From the NCBI GenBank assembly GCA_963696385.1, contig CAVOKF010000005.1:448001-512000 (forward strand): a stretch of DNA of 64,000 bases, read 5' to 3'. A model generated the notes under the pieces. The model worked only from the letters and a program-made list of their open reading frames with translations, was not told where the DNA came from and made no database searches. Origin of the DNA: an uncultured delta proteobacterium (GTDB lineage: Bacteria; Myxococcota_A; Polyangia; Polyangiales; Polyangiaceae). Within the stretch, counting starts at the first letter, position 1. Each line of letters opens with the position of its first letter. Shown here one piece after another: positions 58,076 through 64,000 of the stretch. The position numbers and the translations under genes were made by a program.

Positions 58076-59479
58076 TCACGGTTGGGGCAGGGGTGGAAAC
58101 AGGCTCGACGTCGTCACCGTCCCGGGGCGTACGATGAACGTGAGCGATCCCATGCTTTTATCGGCTCCGGACGAAAACGCGCTTGCCACGACCAGCCTGT
58201 CTGGCGCGGTCGTGGGAACGTTCAAAAACGCGCCGATTCCCGAGGCGTCCGTCGCTTTCGCGGATGTGACGGGAACGCCGCCGATGAGATAGTAACTGAC
58301 CGTTTGCGAATCGGCGGAGTCCAGGGTGAACGATACTCCGGGCGCCGGGGTAAACAGGCAGTCGGCTGCATTCAGGAGAACGTGGCCGCGCATCGGATCC
58401 GGCGAAGTGCCGGTGGCCGCGGTGATCGCCACGGCCTCCCCCTCCGAGATGAGCAGCGTTCGGCCCCGCCACCCATCCGCGACGACGAACGGTACCGGGT
58501 ACCATATCGAAGGAAACAGGACGGAGACTCCCGCGTCGCCCCCGGCGTCGCTCCCTGTGTTGGCGACTTCGCCCCCTGTCACGTCGAGATACCCGTCGAA
58601 TCCGGCTAGTCCCGGCGGAACACTGAGTGTGACCAGGCCGGTCGTATCGGTCGTCGACTGGTCAATCGGAGAGCTGCACGTATAGTCGAGCTTGTCGCAC
58701 GCTTTGACCACCGAACCGACGAACGGCTCCTCCGAGCTGAAGTCGACGAAGGTTACCGAAAATGTGATCTTGGCGGCCGCTGGAGGATTGGGCCACAGAT
58801 TGTGGCCGCTGAGACACGACCAGTTCGTGCCCGGCTGACACGCCGAGGCGCACTGACCCGTGCAGCCGTACCAGGTCGCGTAGTCCGCCAATCCATCGGC
58901 AAACTCCGCCTCGCATGCGGTGGGGCAAGAACCGGCTCCGAAGCAATTCGAGACGCAAAGATTGAGCTGCGCACACGCTGTGTCGATGGCACACGTCGCT
59001 CCTTGGGCGCAGCAAGATGTCGCGAGACACGACTCGCAGTTCGAATTGCCCGAGACGAATTCCCCGCACGAGCTCCCGCAAGAACTCGGACAATTTTGCA
59101 CTCGGCAGGCGCGTAACGCGACCAGCGTCGTCGGGAGTGTGTAAAACAAATTGCATTGCGCCATGCACGTAGCGTCGCTGCAGTTGGCGAGGCAGTCCGA
59201 CGCTTCTTCGCATGCCGGGTCCGCGGCGCAAGCTTGCGCCTGCGCGCAGCAGTGCTGGTCGATGCACGAGGCGCAGGACGCGGAAGGTTGCGGCAGCGCG
59301 CCACATGGGCCGACGGTCGACGCGACGCTGTCTTCGCCGGCATCGGCCGCTTCCGCGCGTTCCGGGCGCTCGTGAAGCCCTAGAATTTGCTGGCAACCCG
59401 CCGAGGTTGCGACAAGGACAACGACGGCAATCGGCCCGAGCGAAAAGCCGTCCCTCGAATGGCGCACGGGGCCGCTCAC
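58076..59479 (-). CDS. Cysteine-rich lipoprotein
   Basis: SAGC-QQILGL lipobox; two CxxC...CC...C repeat blocks; beta-rich C-terminal domain; overlaps the kinase stop. Confidence 0.85.
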   Translation of the reverse strand: MSGPVRHSRDGFSLGPIAVVVLVATSAGCQQILGLHERPERAEAADAGEDSVASTVGPCGALPQPSASCASCIDQHCCAQAQACAADPACEEASDCLANCSDATCMAQCNLFYTLPTTLVALRACRVQNCPSSCGSSCGEFVSGNSNCESCLATSCCAQGATCAIDTACAQLNLCVSNCFGAGSCPTACEAEFADGLADYATWYGCTGQCASACQPGTNWSCLSGHNLWPNPPAAAKITFSVTFVDFSSEEPFVGSVVKACDKLDYTCSSPIDQSTTDTTGLVTLSVPPGLAGFDGYLDVTGGEVANTGSDAGGDAGVSVLFPSIWYPVPFVVADGWRGRTLLISEGEAVAITAATGTSPDPMRGHVLLNAADCLFTPAPGVSFTLDSADSQTVSYYLIGGVPVTSAKATDASGIGAFLNVPTTAPDRLVVASAFSSGADKSMGSLTFIVRPGTVTTSSLFPPLPQP

Positions 59480-60855
59480 TGCTGGTAGCTTAGAGGGTCA
59501 TCGTCGCCGACCCCACGACGCGGCGCCGGCACCGCGACTCGCGGGAGAGCCGTACGTACCGGAAAAGTGTGAACTGGTTGTACATCGGCGTTCGGAGCGA
59601 CAGGGGCCGCCACTTTCGTCATCTCCGCGGCGACGGTCGAGACCGCAGGCGCCACGAACGTGGGCGGAGTCGAAGCCGTAGTGGCGAGCAGCGGTAGTGC
59701 GGATCCGGACGCAGTTGCATGGGCCGATGGCTCGGCGACCAACACGCGCGACTGCAAAGTCGGGCGCCACATGACGACAACGAGGACGAGGGACAGAGCG
59801 ACCAACGCGGCGAGCGAAAAAAACGCCGACCGCCACACGTTGGGCTCGGGGCGCGAACGGTCCTTCGTCATGGCCAAGCCCGACGATACCATGGCGTCCA
59901 ACCGGCTTGCCGACGGCAACGGGGCTCTTTCCGAAGCCGTTACGGCGATCTGCCGTGACCCGCTCGACGAAGCGATCCCAACCTCGTAGGCCGGCAGTCC
60001 GAAAGCGGCGGCAAGGGCCTCGACCTGTTGCTCCGCCGAGGAGAATCGCCGCTCGGGGTCCAGCTGGCATGCGCGAAGAAACCAACAATCGAACTCGGGG
60101 CCGAAGTCCTGCCCGATCTCGGAGGGCGCCCGGAGCGGTTCATGAAGAATCCCTTCGATCATTTCCGTCAACGTGACGCCGGTTCGATACGGTCGGCCGG
60201 TAAGCAATTTGTACGCCGTGAGTCCCAAGGCATAGAGGTCGGTGGCTGGGCCGACTCGAGTGGGATCGCCGCGGGCCTGCTCGGGCGCCATGTAGAGGGG
60301 CGTACCGAGCAGCTGCCCCCACTGCGTGGATCCTACCGACATCGATTCGGCCGCAATTCTGGCAATTCCGAAATCAAGAATCTTGATCAGCGGACTGCCA
60401 TCGTCGCGCCGGGTAAGAAATAGATTGGCTGGTTTGAGATCCCGGTGAATGATGCCTAGCCGGTGCGCCTTGTCCATGGGACCCGCGACCTGCCGCAACC
60501 ATTCGACGACGATGGGCGGCTCGATCCGTTGATCGTCCGACAGCTGGTCGAGGTCGACTCCTTCGAGCAAGTCCATGACGAGGTACGGCGCACCACTGAG
60601 TTCGGGCGCGACGTCGGCATCGAAGATCCGAACGACGTGCTGGCTCCGAATTTTCGACACGACGAGCGCTTCGCGCTTGAAGCGCGCGATCGCGTCTTCG
60701 GATCCGCCGAGATGCGACGTCATCACCTTGAGCGCGAGAAGCTCGCCGGTCAGCGTGTGTTCGACGGAGTAAACGGTCCCGGTCGAACCTGCCCCAAGGA
60801 CGCTCCGGGGTCGATATTTGCCCCCGATGATCTCCGGCAAGCTCACGCCGCGCAT
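59476..60855 (-). CDS. Hanks-type Ser/Thr protein kinase with one TM segment
   Basis: LGAGSTGTV, ALK, HRDLKPANLF, DFG, GTPLYMAPEQ, DLYALG. Start ATG 60855 or GTG 60846. Confidence 0.95.
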   Translation of the reverse strand: MRGVSLPEIIGGKYRPRSVLGAGSTGTVYSVEHTLTGELLALKVMTSHLGGSEDAIARFKREALVVSKIRSQHVVRIFDADVAPELSGAPYLVMDLLEGVDLDQLSDDQRIEPPIVVEWLRQVAGPMDKAHRLGIIHRDLKPANLFLTRRDDGSPLIKILDFGIARIAAESMSVGSTQWGQLLGTPLYMAPEQARGDPTRVGPATDLYALGLTAYKLLTGRPYRTGVTLTEMIEGILHEPLRAPSEIGQDFGPEFDCWFLRACQLDPERRFSSAEQQVEALAAAFGLPAYEVGIASSSGSRQIAVTASERAPLPSASRLDAMVSSGLAMTKDRSRPEPNVWRSAFFSLAALVALSLVLVVVMWRPTLQSRVLVAEPSAHATASGSALPLLATTASTPPTFVAPAVSTVAAEMTKVAAPVAPNADVQPVHTFPVRTALPRVAVPAPRRGVGDDDPLSYQQ

Positions 60856-60881
60856 GGTAAATAGCTCTCCGGCCTTGTCAA
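60854..60881 (-). promoter_or_regulatory. Sigma70-type promoter of the kinase gene (leaderless if start is GTG 60846)
   Basis: TTGACA-N16-TACCAT, then 7 nt to an in-frame GTG. Confidence 0.5.
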
Positions 60882-60927
60882 TGATGAGCCGCACGATGCG
60901 GCGCAACTGCGAACTTGAGAAACGCAC

Positions 60928-62040
60928 ATGAAAATTCTTGGCACCAGATTGGCAGCTGCCGCGGCATGCCTTCTTTTTGCTGGGACGCCAGCCCGTTCCG
61001 CGAACGCCGAGCCGTCGTTGGCCGACAAGACCGTGGCGACCCAGCTCTTTAACGAAGGGCGCATTCTCTTGGATCAGGGCCGGATCGGGGAAGCATGCGC
61101 CAAGCTCGAGGAAAGCCAGCGGATCGAACCCGGGGGCGGCACACTACTCAACGTGGCCCTCTGTCACGAACGGCAAGGCCGTACGGCCGCCGCGTGGGTG
61201 GAGTTCACCGAAGCCATGGGCCTCGCGAGACGCGATGAAAATGCGCTTCGCGTCGAGTTTGCGCGGTCTCACATCGCGCTGCTCGCGCCGCTCCTTTCAC
61301 GGTTGGCCATCCAAGTTCCGCCGGGTTCCGACATTCCCGATCTCGAAGTCAAGTGCGACGGAAGCATTCTTGCACGCGCCGCATGGGGCTCGCCGGTTCC
61401 CGTCGATCCGGGAGAACACCTCGTCGAGGCCGTGGCTCCGGGAAGGCTTCCGTGGAAGCAAAGCATCCTCGTCGGACCGAACGCGGACAGCAAGACCGCC
61501 GTCGTTCCCGTGCTCGAAAGCGCCCCCGTTCGCGTCGAACCGGTAAGCTCTTCACCTGCGGCGTCGAGTCCGGGCGGCCCCGTGCGAGAGCCACCCTCCC
61601 CCGCCGCCACCGGATCGTCTCGTCTGGGGTCCGCGTCGGACCAGGGCGGTGGACGGCCCGAGGGCAGCGCCGCCCCCGCTTGGATCGCCCTCACCCTAGG
61701 GTTCGCTGCGGCGGGGGTGGGGACGTACTTCGGAATTCGGGCGCTCTCCGAGAAGAACGACGCGGACCGCGCCTGTCCGAACAATCTCTGCTCGACGCAA
61801 GGCGAAAGCGAAAACAGCCAAGCCATTCGATTTGCCAACTACGCGACCGCTGGAATCGCGGTTGGCGCTGCGGGGGTCGGTTTGGCCACGGTGCTCTTTC
61901 TGACGCGCTCGGGGGCCGCTCGACCGGCGCCCGACGCGAAGACTGCGGGCCAAAGCCCCGTACCCAGGCTGCAGATCGCAGACGCCGACCTCTCGGGGTG
62001 GCTCGGAGGCGCAGAGCTTCGGATCACGGGTCGCTGGTGA
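60928..62040 (+). CDS. TPR + PEGA-like domain exported protein (myxobacterial type)
   Basis: Signal peptide; ACAKLEESQRIEPGGGTLLNVALCHE; PVDPGEHLVEAVAPG; two C-terminal hydrophobic helices. Confidence 0.87.
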   Translation: MKILGTRLAAAAACLLFAGTPARSANAEPSLADKTVATQLFNEGRILLDQGRIGEACAKLEESQRIEPGGGTLLNVALCHERQGRTAAAWVEFTEAMGLARRDENALRVEFARSHIALLAPLLSRLAIQVPPGSDIPDLEVKCDGSILARAAWGSPVPVDPGEHLVEAVAPGRLPWKQSILVGPNADSKTAVVPVLESAPVRVEPVSSSPAASSPGGPVREPPSPAATGSSRLGSASDQGGGRPEGSAAPAWIALTLGFAAAGVGTYFGIRALSEKNDADRACPNNLCSTQGESENSQAIRFANYATAGIAVGAAGVGLATVLFLTRSGAARPAPDAKTAGQSPVPRLQIADADLSGWLGGAELRITGRW

Positions 62041-62183
62041 GCCTCCGCGCGCCCGCCCTTCTGGGCCTGGCGAGAGGCGTCGGAGTCCGCCCGTGGCCCT
62101 CGCCTATGGGGCAAAACGAGGCGGACATCGGCCTGCGATGAGCCTCGCGACGAATCGAAGCATTCAATAACGTAGTTCGCAAA

Positions 62184-62197
62184 TCGTATGCATACGA
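62184..62197. promoter_or_regulatory. Perfect 14-bp palindrome, operator candidate
   Basis: TCGTATGCATACGA. Confidence 0.4.
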
Positions 62198-62566
62198 CGC
62201 CGCGCCGTCCGATCTCGGGCCAAGGAAAGCCCCCGTCTCGTTCGAAGGCGTATCAGAGGATGGAATCGGGCCACGAAATCGTCGCACTTCCTTTAGCTTT
62301 AGTGAGTGCGGCACGAACTCGACGTCGGCGTTCACCGCGAAGCCCCGGCCCGTTCGAGGCACGGGGCTAGCCGACTCCGAAGGGCAGATCACACTTAATT
62401 CCGTTGGAGCGAGAAGGGCCGATGTCGGCATATCCGCCCGCCTGTCGGCCGCCTCCGGACCCGGCTCAGCGCCGCCTCGCTAAGGGTGCCCATGAAGGAC
62501 GCCTGCCTCCACTGAAATTCCCACAAAATTCCGAACGGAAAGAAGCCGAGCGCGCGATGTCGATGT

Positions 62567-62582
62567 GGGCCACGCAGTTGCG
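62567..62582 (+). promoter_or_regulatory. Candidate sigma54 promoter
   Basis: GGGCCA-CGCAG-TTGCG (GG-N10-GC), 206 nt upstream of the second DUF1592 gene. Confidence 0.4.
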
Positions 62583-62788
62583 ACGCAAATTTCCTATGCA
62601 AACGAAAGTTTCGAAGTTCCGCATGGTTTCAGTCACTTTCCGTGAGCCATTTTTTCGTGGTTTGCCACTGCCGTAACGAACGAAGCGAAACGAGCAAAAC
62701 AGCCGAACGCCCCGGGGGGACCACACCCCCTCCGTTGCGGGCCGGCGCTTGCTGGTGCAAAGTGGATCGACCGCGCGGAGGCGTCACA

Positions 62789-64000
62789 ATGAGGAAACTT
62801 ACCGCTGTACACACGACAGGGCTGGCTGTCTGCACCCTAATAGCGGCCGCCTGCACCGGCGTCATCGGCAACCCGCCTGGGCAGAACGGGTCCGCGGGCC
62901 CCGGGGGCACCAGCGCCGCCGGGGGCGGCCCGAACAACGATACGACGGGGGCAACGTCTGGTTCGGGCACTCCGTCCGCTTCGGGCGTCAGCGGTAGCGC
63001 GACCGCAACCAGCGAAGACGGGGCCGCCGGCACGCCGACGATCGTCGACACGCTCTTCGGCTCGACGGCCAGCGACACGACCGCCGCGGGGACGATGGTG
63101 CTCCGGCACCTCGAGCAGTTCGAATACATCAATACCGTCACATCTCTATTCGGAGCCGCGGCCGTTGCATCCGCGGGCATCAACACGACGAACGTCCCGG
63201 CTGAGCCGCCGGTGCCGAACACGTCGAGCGGCTTCCCGCTGCCGGGGCTCGTCGACGTGACGACGGCCACCGCCTACCAGGCCGACGCCGAAGCACTCGC
63301 CACCGCCGTGCTTCCCAACGTTTCGACGCTTCTCAGCTGCACCCCCGGAACGGGGGCCGCCGACGCGAGCACCAGCGACCTGGCCTGTGCCAACACGTTC
63401 ATCACGACGTTCGGTCAACAGATGTACCGGCGCCCGCTGAACGCGACCGAAATATCCGGACTGGTGGGCCTCTACCAGACCGGCGTTTCGACGCTCGGCC
63501 TCGACTTCAACGGCGCGATCGACTTGCTGATCGAAGAGATGCTCCAATCGCCAGGCTTCCTGTACCACTGGGAAGTCGGCCCCGGAGCAACGGTCTACTC
63601 CGGCACCGAAGTGCAGCTCGACGGCTATGCGTTGGCCAATCGCCTGTCGTACTTCCTCTGGGGCAGCATGCCGGATGCCACGCTCTTCGCCGCGGCGGCT
63701 GCTGGCCAACTTTCGACTCAGGCCCAAGTGACAGCCCAGGCCACGCGGATGTTGGCGTCGACACAGGCGCGCTCAGCCGTGGCGAACTTCTTCGAACAGT
63801 GGCTGGGGATGACCCAATTGGCCGCCCAGCCGAAGGACGCCACCACCTACCCGAGCTGGAACACGACGCTCGCATCCGAGATGGACACGGAATTCCAGAA
63901 TTTCATTACGTCCGTCATCTTCGACCGCACGGGCGAGCTCAATGAGCTCTACACGAGCTCGACCACGTCCATCGACGGGGACCTCGCGACCCTCTACGGC
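62789..64000 (+). CDS. Second DUF1592-family lipoprotein (3' end outside the window; absent from the ORF track)
   Basis: GGAGG RBS; MRKLTAV...AAAC-TGVIG; in-frame LRHLEQFEYINTV, YRRPL, MLQSPGFLY, LANRLSYFLWGSMPD. Confidence 0.9.
   Translation, partial: MRKLTAVHTTGLAVCTLIAAACTGVIGNPPGQNGSAGPGGTSAAGGGPNNDTTGATSGSGTPSASGVSGSATATSEDGAAGTPTIVDTLFGSTASDTTAAGTMVLRHLEQFEYINTVTSLFGAAAVASAGINTTNVPAEPPVPNTSSGFPLPGLVDVTTATAYQADAEALATAVLPNVSTLLSCTPGTGAADASTSDLACANTFITTFGQQMYRRPLNATEISGLVGLYQTGVSTLGLDFNGAIDLLIEEMLQSPGFLYHWEVGPGATVYSGTEVQLDGYALANRLSYFLWGSMPDATLFAAAAAGQLSTQAQVTAQATRMLASTQARSAVANFFEQWLGMTQLAAQPKDATTYPSWNTTLASEMDTEFQNFITSVIFDRTGELNELYTSSTTSIDGDLATLYG

Overview
GC-rich chromosomal window. Gene content (TIGR02266-type PilZ protein, Ser/Thr kinase-PEGA/TPR-Cys-rich lipoprotein module, DUF1592/DUF1552 pair, RpoH-like sigma factor) points to a myxobacterium, probably Polyangiaceae/Sorangiineae (inference). 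About 47 CDS. Housekeeping and stress genes: dnaJ, htpG, lon, osmC, rsmI, alr, nadA, zwf, a DEAD-box helicase, an ABC-F protein, an MdlAB-like ABC pair and yccA. Also present: an orphan FliI/SctN ATPase, an actinobacterial Sdh1-type succinate dehydrogenase operon, a frameshifted putA, a secreted DUF1592/DUF1552/dihaem-cytochrome/DUF1566 cluster with sigma54-type promoters, and a stand-alone aminotransferase-thioester-reductase fusion with TamH-like architecture. No tRNA, rRNA, CRISPR array, transposase or integrase was recognised. The intergenic DNA is unusually structured: (i) recurrent 35-125 bp tandem 'echoes' of gene 3' ends at different stages of decay; (ii) a 1.1 kb cassette bracketed by long inverted repeats; (iii) two tiny TIR-plus-double-hairpin elements; (iv) a 13-unit 11-bp array next to tandem palindromes; (v) several leaderless-type promoters. 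Start codons were chosen by eye; all family calls come from motif recognition, not database searches.
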